Of a DNA stretch of 64,000 nucleotides, positions 10,486-22,644 are shown piece after piece; the first letter of the stretch is position 1, and each line of letters starts with the position of its first letter. Where the stretch lies: positions 1 to 64,000 of the forward strand of contig JBFLGF010000027.1 in NCBI GenBank assembly GCA_050230475.1, written 5' to 3'. The position numbers were made by a program, and so were the translations under genes. The notes beneath the pieces were generated by a model. That model did not search any database and had not been told where the DNA came from. It was given only the letters and a program-made list of their open reading frames with translations. The DNA comes from Ancylonema sp. Its lineage: Eukaryota.

Positions 10486-12053
10486 CTACCCCGGTGGTCC
10501 ATGAAACGGTCTTGGATGGAAGTGGGGGTGGGGGAAGTGCGGTGGAGGGGGTCGCCCCCCCCCATACCCTGGCCCCGCCATCGGATACCCGGGCGGCGGA
10601 GGCGGGTAACGGAGACCCTGGGGGGGCGGGTAGTAAGAGGGAGGGGGCGGGGGTCTGAAGTGTTGGTATTGAGGGGCCTCTGCCCCCCCTTCCCCTCCCT
10701 CCTTCCCCTCTGCCCTTCCCACTGACCCCATCTGCATCGGGTCCATGGAGGGGTACATGGGGGGCATGGCAACACGATCCCCAGAGGGGGGGGGGGGGCG
10801 AGGGGGGGGGGCATAGGCTGGGCCTGAAGGACGCGGTTCTGCCCCATGCCCTGGGGCTGGGAGCAGCTGCGGCTGGGGGCGGGGCGCCACCGGTCTCCCC
10901 CACATGAGGTTTAGTCGCAGGCCCTTGACCACCAGCTTGTGCGCCAGGGAGGAGGCCGCCTTCTCTGCCCCCTCACGCCCCGTGTATGCCACGAAGGCGC
11001 ACCACCGACCGGGGATGATTCGGATGGTTTCGATCTCGCCGTACGCGTAGAACGCATCGCGGAGGTCGCTCTCGGCGACGCGCTCGTCCAGCCCGCCCAC
11101 GTATAGGGTGCGGATGGTCTCGTCGGCGGGGGGGTCGAGGGAGGGCATCTCGCCTGCTTTGCGCATGAGCTTGTTTGCCACGGGGTCGTTAACTCCGTAG
11201 TATCGGTCTTTGATGTTCTGCTGACTCAGCTCGCCGGTGAGGGGCATCTCGTGGCGGTAGGGGCACTCCGCCCCGCGGCTGCACTCGCCGCGGACGAAGA
11301 AGGAGCACACGTGCGCGCGGTTGCGCTTGTAGTAGGGGGTGGTGCGCTGGAGCTTGAGGATGGTGTCGCTGGGAGGCGCTTTGCCGAAGGAGGAGTCGAA
11401 ATCGATCCCCGCGGCCGCTTTGCGATCCGCCTCCTCGGCGAAGTACTCGCGGTTCACATCGCTCTTGGGGATGGCGGTAACGGCGTCCGCGCCCAGGGCG
11501 GAGTCGCGCACTTGCACCGGGAGGCCGTACTCCAAGTCGAGCAGGCAGACCTGGCAAACGTTCTTCAGCTTGCTGCAAGTCTGACAGATTTCGGTCTTCT
11601 TGTAGCGGGCGTCACGTCCCGGACGCCACCGAAAAACCGTAAACGGGCGGGTGCAGATCTTGCACTCTTTGTCGAAGTTGGCCTTGGTCTGCGGAAAACC
11701 ACAAGCAGCACAAGATACCATACTTATTCAGAATGCTGACTTCAAATATATTTATAAACCTCTTGTGCAGAAAGTGCTCGGGAGACGCAACATCCACATA
11801 TACAACGGCAAGGCGATCAGTAGAGTCTGCTAAATGCTATGCGAAGAAAGAAGACTCCAAGTTTTTCTTTCATGAACATTACGCTCCCCCCACTCGGTCA
11901 ACCTACTCTGTCAACCTAGGGTCTTATCATGCTGCCATAAAATCTCACCATCCGGACGTAAGGATTTTCACCCAGACAGCTCTCGCAGATGATTGGAAAA
12001 TCACTTCTTTCCCACCCATCGGCTTCTGTATCCCGCAACAAACGATGTGCCAT
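10486..12053 (-). CDS. RBM22: Pre-mRNA splicing factor RBM22/SLT11 (MAC5-like; CCCH zinc finger plus RRM)
   Basis: Exon 1 (12053-11949) encodes [35 protein letters not shown]. Exon 2 (11688-10486) encodes [12 protein letters not shown]...[52 protein letters not shown]...CAFV, and YPSMDP. Confidence 0.96.
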
Positions 12054-12312
12054 TGCGACACAGAAACTAGATACACTCTAATCTCACAAGCGCAAACATA
12101 TCAGTCAGACACAACTGGGGCTTTGGTAACCTTGACCTGCACAGTGGTGTCTTACCCAACCCTGCCACGGGACCGAAAAAGGCTCGCCAGAAAAAACTTC
12201 TGAACCTGTAGCTGCTCCAAGAACGCCGCCCCGCTTAGCGCTCGGACGACCTCATTTCCGGGCGGAACCGGTTCGACCAAAGGAGCAATTCTCGAAACTT
12301 GAAACCCCGCTA

Positions 12313-12908
12313 CACTCACCCCTGATATAAGAAACTTCAGTATAAGAAACTCCTCCCTAAAAGAAACATTTTCCTAAACATTGTTTTTTCCCACATACAT
12401 CTCCCCCGATATAAGCATAAGAAACTTTGATATAAGAAACGAAAAAAATCGATTTTAAGAGAAAAATATGAGTTTTACTGAAGCACGATGGGAGCTCATT
12501 TTTAGTATAACGGGTTTAGTATATGCATCAAAACCCCTGTATATTATTATTCCCATAGTAAGCATCCTTCATCAATTAACAATTCGTATATTGAATTCCA
12601 CACATAATTTCTCGCAACCGCCTACAATAAATAATTTGCGCGTAGAACGTGACTGCAAATAGTATTTGCCAAATACTATCATGAATTCTTCTCAGGTCCT
12701 CGGATGCAGGTATTGCACGTCCACATGGACAACAAATATTATCCCAAGCTCAAAGATTTGACGCCATGTATCCACGTTTCCAATCCTTGTTATAAGAAAC
12801 ATTTTCGTGAGGTCTCTCATATGAAGTTTTTTATATACAGTATAATAAATATTCATTGTAAGAAACTTATCTTCCAACAGTTTTGGATGTCTTATTTCGT
12901 GATGAGTG
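12313..12908. mobile_element. Degenerate pogo/Tigger-like MITE
   Basis: Imperfect TIRs TA|CACTCACCCCTGATATAAG ... CTTATTTCGTGATGAGTG|TA with a TA TSD. Repeated ATAAGAAAC motif inside. Confidence 0.55.
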
Positions 12909-15074
12909 TATACGAAAATTCGTTACAAAGAGCTTTTCGATGAGAATAAAATTTTACTCGGCATTTGTTCACCACTCAACCCCCTCGATAACAAGCATGG
13001 GAAACCGTGCTTTAGGAAACAAAGGAAAACCGAATTCGGCTATCACGAGTCCGCAAATGTAACCATCTTTATCATTCCCCAAATAAATATTATGCATTGA
13101 TACGTATGCTACCATAATTTGGGGTGCGGGATGTTTTGAAAATTGTGAGATGTAATTGGTAAACCGGTTACAACGTGACAGAGTACTATTTAGGGCCTAC
13201 AAGGTTATAACCGTACTACATATGGTGTAAAATGGTTAGAATTCAGTCTTTGGTCAATTTCGACGTCCGAATTTTGATAAATGAAAATGGCTTGGTGCGG
13301 CACGCGTGCGCAAATGTCGCGCACGGTGCGCGGCCAAACTATGTATGATATTAATACACTTATCGATATGAACCGTGGCACATGCTACCCGAAACACGCG
13401 AGTATTGATGTACTTCATGTTTTACAAAACAAACAAAATAACAAATCACCACAGAAGTAAAGTGTCTCAACACTTGATATAATCTCAAACTTCACCACTA
13501 CACATCCCAGCGGTTGCACCCCAATCACAACGTATCCCCAACCCCCTTTAAGCTTTTGAGCGATTTGACGTGTATGAGATTTGGTGGGCGACAAACGAAC
13601 CGTACGTAAAAGGATCTATATCACTGATGATCAACGAGACACGAGTTGCGTGTGTGGAACGAATGATAATTGTGGTCGCATCAGGATTCGTAATACCCGA
13701 TGCGCTTTACGGATTGTTGTGTGCCGACGGTCGGTACAATTGACCGTCGGCCTATCATTGAGTGACAACTCATCTATGTATCAACGGCCCATGCCGGACA
13801 CTCCTGACATTATTAAATTTATCCAATAAAAGCATGTCAAGTACGCTAACCGCTGTCAACCACTCTAAGTGTCGACATCAAGCGTGGCAACGGGTCAAGT
13901 GCCCGGACACAATCGTGCCCGGCCCCGCATATAAGCAACATCTAGGAATAGAGCGCCCGCTTAGAGTAACCGGTCACGATCGGACTAGCAAGCATGAGGC
14001 ATGGCTATCCGAATATTCTTAAACACCCCCTCGGATGCCATGCAAAAGTTGGCATAGCTGTGGACATCCAAGGGACTACCCTACTTACAGCTAAGTCATG
14101 GCAAAACCATTGCATAGCCCATGAAGTAGTTGGTCTTCCCTAGCATAACGGCGTGCTAGGGGGGCCTATCGGCCGAAGCCGATCGGAACCCGTGAAGCCG
14201 ATTGCTCCCCCTCCTTAGTCTTCTATCGGGCCGAAGCCCTAAACATAAAAATAAACACCACAAGTTAGGCGAAAAACAAAAAAAAACTTAAGAAAAGTGT
14301 ATTTTACTTTTTTACTTTTTCAACTTTTCACTTTACATCCGTGCAGTCTGAAAATTTCAAAATAGCATAGCTTTCAAAATATCAAACCAATCAGCACCAA
14401 ATTTTGACACAACATTGGAAACATTCATGAAAATATACATTCCGAAATTAAGCTCAAATTGACAACTTTAACCCTGAACATATCTGCAATTTTCGATCAG
14501 TCCGTAAGTGTATTTTAGAAGGTGTTAAGGAAAGAGTGTGACTTAGCTAGATGGGCTGAAGTTTTTGTGCCCTTCCCAAGTGTACTTATGCATCAAAAAA
14601 ACACGAAAACACACTGCCTGCCAATATGCATGGCATTCGAAACCTCCCAAAATAAAAATAAAAGAAAGACTGACACCCCCAATTCAGTAAAGCCGTCCAA
14701 AACCTGAACATTTGCTGTGCTTGTTCAGTAAAACTTGTGAGAGAGCCTTAGTTTGCAAATCTGCTGATTGCTTTGCCCCTCCAAGAAACACATATTTCAG
14801 TCCCCCAATGTTGTGGCATTCCCTGACCCAATAGTACACCATATTAAAGTGTTTTGCTTTCTATCTCGGTACGGGGTTTTGGATCATGGAGAGTGCGGCT
14901 ATGGACTCAGTGTGGATAGTGATTCCATGAGGAAACCTCAGCTCTTTCAAGAGCGACTTAAGATAATAGCACTCCTTAGACACACTACAAGCAGCGATGT
15001 ACTCAACCTCTAGAGTGCTCTGTGCAACGATGGACTATTTATGTGACTTCCAATTCAGTGTTGTCCCCCCTCAC

Positions 15075-18000
15075 TGTTGGAATATTTGGATGGCCATACC
15101 TTATGCTTGCTAGTCCAAGTTGTTACCGGTTATTCTAACCGGGAGCAATATTCCTAGATGTGCTTATATGGGGGGCTGGGCACGATTGTGTCCGGGCACC
15201 TGATCTCTTGTCGACACTTAGAGTCGTTATTGCTTGACGTGTCTTGATTGGTTTATTTTTGTCATGTCAGGAGTGTCCGGCATGTGCCGTTGACACGTAG
15301 ATGAGTTGTCACTCAGCGATAGGCCGACGGTCAATTGTACCGACCGTCGGCACACAACGACATGTAAAACGCATCGGGTATTACCATCCCCGATGCGATC
15401 ACAATAATTAATTCGTTCCACACATCCACACATGCAACTCCTGTCTCGTTGATCATCAGTGATAGAGATCCTTTTGCGTACGGTCCGTTTTGTCGCCCAC
15501 CAAATCTCGTGCACGTCTAATGCATAAAGGTTATGGGCCCACGTGCGGTCTAGAGTTCAGACGCCGTGTTGGTTAAAAACTACAGGCTCCACGCGATTCG
15601 CTGCAAAGATCTCTGAAACCGGTATTTTTCGCCAGTGAGGGCAAATTTAGCCGTAGTTGTTAAGTGCTGCACGCAATTTCGACATTGCGTTGCAAGAAAT
15701 CGAGCTGAGTGCTGCATTGCAAGCTGAGTGCTGCATTGCAGGAATTGCACTGAGAGCTCGAGCTGCGTGAGAATTCTCGTGGACTCCTACACAACTGCTG
15801 CCATAATGTCGGATAGATCTCAGAGTCCGCAATTTACTGGAGCAGATTACACAGGATGGGCCGTCAAGGTCAAGTATGGGTTAGCAGACAAGAAGCTGCA
15901 TCGTGTGGTCATGGATTGGGACAGCCTCCTTCGGAGGTGTCGTCCAGACATTATAATGCCATTGACACCAGGAAATGAGCTGCAACTTGTGCTAGGGGGA
16001 TCGACGTGGGAGTCGAGAGAACGGCTAGGGAGCAACAGATTTCCCAGCAGCTTCCGCACTCGAGAAATGGGACGACGATAATCTGGCTGCAATGTCATAC
16101 ATGTAAACATTTGGGTCCTTCGGAGCTGACGCACGTACGGAGTGCACGACAGTTGCCGGGATGTGGGAAGCCCTGAGAACATTCTACATGGTGCAGGGAG
16201 CTATCGAGATCGCCAACACTGAGGCGCTGCTGAGCGCTATAATTCAGGCGGAGGCTGAGGACCTCAACGTCTACGTGAAGCAGCTGCAGCAGATCCACCA
16301 GGACCTGAAGAACCTGGGTGCGCCTGTGACGCCGATGAAGCAGGCGATCAACCTGCTGAACTCCCTCAACACTCACTACAGCCCTATGGTTTCGACGCTC
16401 ATGCCGTGGTCGGATTCGTCACCGCACCTTTTCACGATTCCTCACATCGTGAGTGCGCTGCTGCGCGACGACGTCCGGAAAGAGCTGAATGAGCGCAAGA
16501 GGGGGGCGCTGCCAAGAGGTCACCAAGCTAACTATGGTGGACGTGGAGGGCGTAGCGGAGCTGGAAGCAGCAGCAGACCTGGTGGTGGGGGTGGAGCTGG
16601 TCGCAGAGACGCTGGTGGCGTCGAATGCTACAACTGCCACCAATTCGCGGCCACATCAAGGCAAACTGTTCTTCACCAGCCGTTGGCGGAGGCCATGCCG
16701 GAGCTTGGAAATGCCACAGGTGCCACCACGCAGGCCATAGAGCTGCTAAGTGCCCTGCAGCATCGCCACCAGCTGCGAATGTCGGACACGCACATCAGGG
16801 AAGTTCAAGGGGGGAAATCAAGTGCAGATATTGCAATAATCTAGGACATTCAATTGACAAGTGTAGAAAACGAGCATCTGACATGGCATTGATGAACCCA
16901 GAGGCTGCTCGAAAGGCTGACACACAGGCACGACTTGCTCGCTTTGCTGACATACCTTTCGATGCTAATAAGGATTATCTTGCTTTTGGTGCATTCTCAT
17001 TTGATGTTGCTCGAGCTTTGTATGCTGGTTCTCACAAAGAGTCTCTTATCCTGGATTCAGGGGCTATTGACCACATCTTCACCGAACGTGAACATTTCGT
17101 GGAGTACACCCCGACCCTGAGCACGCAAAGGGCCTTCATCACCACTGCTGACGGCTCGTCACACAAGGTAGCAGGCACGGGTTTCGTGCACATCCGAGTC
17201 AAGAACGGCAACACGTTCTTCGTGCAGCCTCTCAACTCGATCCACGTCCCTACCTTTGCCTGCACCCTCGTGTCGACATCATGCCTCGTCAAAAGAGGTG
17301 GGCTGAGCTTCTTACAGCTGCCCACGGGTCCAGAATTGAAATAGGGGGATGTGAAATGGGTGGATGTAGTGGAACAGCCTAGTGATCTCACTTTGCTAGC
17401 TGCTACCATCATCATGCTTGGGTCTCACGATACCACAGCAAACTTATCCACAGGCATGATCTGGCATCACAAACTGGGTCACCCCGGTGCTGATGTTATG
17501 TCAGATTTTGTTAGACTGGGGACATACCAAAGTTAAGTCCTGATGAATTAGCTGAGGTCAAGGGTTGTCAAGTTTGCTGTCAGGGTAAAATGAGTCAATT
17601 GAGTCACGCCAAGGCTAGCGAAGATCTAGGGACATGCCCCAAGATGGGACGCATTCACCTGGATCTGATTGGACCTCTTTCTGTTAAGTCTGCTAATGGG
17701 GCTTTCAGATATGCACAGACAGGGATTGAGGTGTCCACACGTCTGTCATTTGTCAGTCTACTAAAAACAAAAGATGAAGCACTGAACCGAGCAAAGGTCA
17801 CTATACAGTTGCTCGAAGTACAGTCAGGGTTTGCCACTACAGTCTATCAGGACAGACAAGGGTGGGGAGTATGTGTCTCAGGACTGGACTAGATGAACTA
17901 CTGTGGGAGGAAGGGAATTGACAAACAAACCACAGAAGCATACAGTCCTGAACAAAATGGAATCTGTGAGAGACTGAACATAACTTTGACAGAAAAGATG

Positions 18001-21000
18001 CGATGCATACTAATTTGGTCAGGTTTACCAAAGTCATATTGGGATGTTGCACTGTTGCATGCAAACCGGTTAAGAAACAAAACACCAACTAAGTCGCTCG
18101 CTGGCAAGATACCAATTGAAGTCTGGGAGGGAAAGAAGTTAAAAATGAACAAAAGTCATAACTTTGGTCTGGTGCAATATTTAAAAGTTGGAGCAGAAAA
18201 GAACAGGCAAGGGGACAAGTTTGCCCCTCGCACTTGTTTTGGTGTATTTCTGGGGATGGATGCGGGGAGTGCAGGCTACAACGTGTTCGACCCTCATAGG
18301 GTGGGGGTGATAGCACGCACGGATGTGCGGTTCTTCGAGGAGGTGCCGGGGTACCCGAAACTGATGGGGGGGAGAGCTCCCCAGGTTGAGGCTACAGCAG
18401 AAAAACACTTCTTCTTGTTCCCCGACACCGAGGATGAACCCCCAGCAGCAGTTGTGCCAACAGCAGCGCTAGTTCCCCCCAACATGCCAGCAATCGTGCC
18501 ACCAATGCCAGCACTAGCAGCTCTAGCAGCCCCAGCCCCAGCTCCAGCTGCCAACAATCTTCAGCACAACGCCTTCCAGCCACAAGCTGCTGAGGTCCCC
18601 ATCATTGCGATTGAGCTGTCTGACAGCCAGTCTGGGATCAACAATGCAGGAGGTGGAGATGCAGGGGAGGAGGTGCAAGGAGGGGGTGCGAACCTAGCAG
18701 AGATGGGGGAGCCAGGCAGTATAGCAGACAGAGTGATGGCCAGACGGAGAGCCAACTTTGCCCAGTATGGGGACATTCTGTGATGTGATGGGGAAGAGTT
18801 CGACGACGAGGCACACGCCAACTGCTCAGCGACTGAGTGGGAGCCTAGTTGTTTCTTCACTCGCTTCAACGGTCCAGTAGATCCTGGCTACGCCTGCGTC
18901 GCATCATCAACCAACTCCTCCGAGCCACTCACCCTCAACCATGCCATGAGGAGGCCAGAGTGGGACCAGCGAGACACAGCCATCGTCGAAGAGCTCGCTG
19001 CCCTGGAGACGTTCAACACCTTTGAGGTGTGTGTTCTTCCTCCAGGTAAAAAGACTGTGGGATGTCGATATGTTTTTAAAGTCAAAATAACACCTAAGGG
19101 GGATATTGAAAGATATAAAGTCAGACTGGTCGCACATGGATTTTTACAGCAAGAGGGAATTGACTATAATGAAGTATTTGCACCAATTATTGACAGTACA
19201 TCTATCACCTTACTCCTCGCTATAGCAAACCACTTTGACTGGGAACTGGAACAAATGGACGTGATAACACCGTTCTTGCATGGACGTTTGGAAGAGGAAG
19301 TATATATGAAAATACCACCACGTATGTATAGAAAAGGGGGAGCTAAGGGAAAGGTCTTACGACTAAAGGGTGCTTTGTACGGACTGAAACAGAGTAGCCA
19401 CGTGTGGCAAGAAATGTTCAGAAAATTCATGATATCTGAAGGGTTAAAACCATGTGTAAACCCTGGGGTCGCACACATAAGGGCACTACATCAACCATTC
19501 AGATACCTGACAGGAACTGTCAACCACGGACTGACGTTTGTGGGAAAAGACAGCTTTGAAGTTAAGGGTTACTGTGATGCATCATGGAACAGGTGCAGCA
19601 TGACAGGAAAGTCAGTCACAGGATGGGTAACCACGGGTGGGGGAACAACACTGAGTTGGAAATCACAGAAACAGTCTACTGTTGCACAGAGCACTGCTCA
19701 GGCTGAATATATCGTTGCCTCTAGTGTATCTAAGGAATGCTGCTATCTAAGGTTTCTCCTGCACGAACTCAAGTTTCCAAACCATATAACAATCCACACT
19801 GATTCGACATCAGCTCTCTCCATGATCCAGAACCCTGTGCAACGACAGAAAGCAAAACATTTTAATGTGGTGTATCACTGGGTACGGGAATGCCACAGCA
19901 CTGGGAGACTAAAGTATGTGTACCTTGCAGGGGAAAATCAACCAGCAGATATGCTAACCAAAGCTCTCCCACAGGTTTTACTGGACAGACACAGCAAAAG
20001 GTCTAGGTTTTGGACGGATATACTGAACTGGGGGTGTCAGTCTTTTCTTTTTATTTTATTATGGAGGTTTCGAATGCCATGCATGTTGGCAGGGGGTGTG
20101 TTTATTGTTTCTCATGCAGAAGTTCATGGGGAGGGTACAAAACTTCAGCCCATCCAGCTAAGTCACACTCTTACCTTAATACCTCGTAAAGAACACTTAA
20201 GAACACTTAACGTCTTTAAGGACAGATCAGAAAGTGCAGATCTGCTCAAGTTTAAAGTTGTCCGTTTGTGCTGAATGTTAGAATTTATGTTTTCATCACT
20301 GTTGCAAAACTTGTGTCAAAATTTGGTGCTGATACGTTTGGTACTTTTGAAGTTGTGTTGTTTTGAAGTTTCCAGACTGGAAAGTACAAAAGACAAATAC
20401 ATTATAAAAAGTGAAAGCGTCAAAAATATTTCCTTGTTTTTTGTTTTTCGCCTAACTTGTGGTATTTGTTTGTATGTTCAGGGCTTCGGCCTGAAAAACG
20501 ACTACGGATCTGGAGCTATCGACTTTTGGAGTTTTCCGATCGGTTTCCGATCAGCTGCGTTTGTAGATAGGGCCCCCTAGCACGCTTGTATGCTAGGGAA
20601 GACCACACTACTTTATAGGCTATGCAATGGTTCTGCCATGTTTTTAGCTATAACTAGGGTAGTTCCTTGGATATCCACATCTATGCCAACTTTAGCATGG
20701 CATCCGAGGGGGTGTGTTGGAATATTTGGATAGCCATACCTTATGCTTGCTAGTCCAATTGTAACCGGTTACTCTAACCGGGTATTCCTAGATGTGCTTA
20801 TATGCGGGGCCGGGCACGATTGTGTCCGGGCACCTGATCTGTTGTCGACACTTAGAGTCGTGCTTGACGTGTATTGGTTTGATCTAGTCATGTCAGGAGT
20901 GTCCGGCATGTGCCGTTGACACGTAGATGAGTTGTCTCAGCGATAGGCCGACGGTCAATTGTACTGACCGTCGGCACACAACGACATGTAAAACGCATCG

Positions 21001-21157
21001 GGTATTACCATCCCCGATGCCGATCACAATAATTAATTCGTTCCACACAACACACAACTCCTGTCTCGTTGATCATCAGTGATAGAGATCCTTTTGCGTA
21101 CGGTTCGTTTTGTCGCCCACCAAATCTCCTCCACGTCTAATCACTCAAAAGCTTAAA
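15075..21157 (+). mobile_element. Ty1/copia element B with both LTRs, defective gag-pol
   Basis: 5' LTR 15075-15528, PBS GGTTATGGGCCCA 15529-15541, PPT ~20706-20714, 3' LTR 20715-21157, 5-bp TSD CTCAC. Gag with CCHC knuckles, protease LILDSGA, WHHKLGHP, integrase IHLDLIGP / PEQNGICER, RT RYKVRLVAHGF / LYGLKQS, RNase H GYCDASW...PADMLTK. Frameshifts and an RT deletion. Confidence 0.95.
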
Positions 21158-21315
21158 CTCACCGTGGTCACCGTGGTCACCGTAGTCACCGTGGTTACCC
21201 ATCCAGTGACTTTCGTGTCATGCTGCAGTTGTTCCATGATGTATCGCAGTAACCCTTGATCTCAAAGTTGTCTTTTCCTACAAACTTCAATCGGTAGTTG
21301 ACAGTCCCTTTCAAG

Positions 21316-22128
21316 CAAGGTTGCACCGGAACAGAAAAAATGTATGCAAACGCGGACGTACGGAATACGTCCGTACTGCAAAAATACTGCAAACGTTTGG
21401 CAAACGTTTGTATTTCGCAATCTTTTTGCAAACGTTTGCAGTTCGCACACGTCCAGAATTTATTCCTAGATAGGTCCGTTCCCGGCTCAACCGTAAACCG
21501 ATTATCTCCGGCGGACTCTCTATTTTTTCGTATCCCCAGTTTGTTCACATCAGTTTGTTGTATCCCCGTTTTGTCATCATTACATTTCCCCCGTGTTTTC
21601 CCAGTCCCCGTCGTTTTGTCCTAGAGCCCCTCCCTATTTTGTCGTGTCTCCCGTTCCATCATCGTATCTTGGCCCGTAGCCCGTCTCCCGTTCCATCATA
21701 GATTATGTTTGTCGTGTGTGAGACGGAATCTTTCAGTTTTCTGAAATGTCTAGCATGTGACGGGTGAGCGTCATTCACGACCCTGTCCCATCCCCCGATA
21801 CCGTCCAAATCCCGTGGTGTCAGTAGATTTTGACCACATTCACGATCGTACCTCGACCGAATCTACCTGTTTCTTAAAAAAATCCGGAGTCATTAGTACG
21901 GACATGTACGGACATGTACGGACGCAAACGTTTGCAAGCACAAACATTTGCATCCTTACAGCCCCGTATCCGTTTGCCGTATTCCGGACGTTTGTACGGC
22001 TCGATAAGAATAGATTGATAGAATGCGATCCGTACGACGTTTGCATTTGCCAGGGCCGGCAGATTGCTTTCGGCCCCGTCCGGAAAACCTGCCGTACGGA
22101 AAACGGGCCCTGTTCCGGTGCAACTTTG
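21316..22128. mobile_element. Non-autonomous hAT element, 813 bp, inserted in copia A
   Basis: TIR CAAGGTTGCACCGGAACAG / CTGTTCCGGTGCAACTTTG. Perfect 8-bp TSD CTTTCAAG. Subterminal CAAACGTTTG palindromes. Removing it rejoins the pol frame LRNLK|GTVNY. Confidence 0.93.
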
Positions 22129-22644
22129 CTTTCAAGTTTCTCAAGAGCTGATGCAAGGCCCTTATGTGTCTAACCCCAGGATGACTCATGTGTTTGGCCA
22201 GTACCCCAAGTGCATATGCGATGTCCATTCTGGTTTGCATCATGGCGTGAATGAAAGATCCCACTCTTCCTCGAAAGTTTGTGATTTCTTTAGGGGTAGG
22301 GGGGAGGTTAGGTTCATCATCTTGCGTAAATTGTGTTCCAGGGGCGAGCGGGAGTTTAGTTGGATTACGCTCGTCCATTCCGTACCGTTGAAGCACCCCC
22401 CTCAAGAAGCCCGGCTGTCCGAGTGTGAGCACTCTTCTCGGTCTGTCTCTTTTCACTTCCACCCCTAAGATATGGGTTAGAGGACCAAGATCCTTGACCT
22501 TCAACTTTTTTACCCATGTCCCCCTTGAACTTTGACACTACCATTGCGTTAGGATCTGTTATGACTTGGTCATCAACATGTATGCCCACTATGATACGAC
22601 TGTTCCCCTCCCCCTTTGTGTAAATGCAAGTATCAATGACGCAC

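Larger units (their letters stand above)
13547..22644 (-). mobile_element. Ty1/copia element A (3' half: RT, RNase H, 3' UTR, 3' LTR), interrupted by element B and a hAT element and cut off by element C
   Basis: 3' LTR at ~14025-13547 with PPT GAGGGGG. RNase H remnant at ~14700-15074 (GTTLNWKS..VAQSTLEVEY) resumes at ~21158-21315 (KGYCDTSWNNC). RT remnant at 22137-22644 (IHVDDQVIT, VKDLGPLTHILGVEV, TRMDIAYALG). Contains stops and frameshifts. Confidence 0.88.

Noticed and set aside
21141..21148. Canonical CA end for the 3' LTR of B at 21143 with a 4/5 TSD (CTCAA)
   Set aside because: The 3' LTR of A shares the following CTCAAAAGCTTAAA, and a perfect CTCAC TSD plus resumption of the A reading frame occur at 21158.
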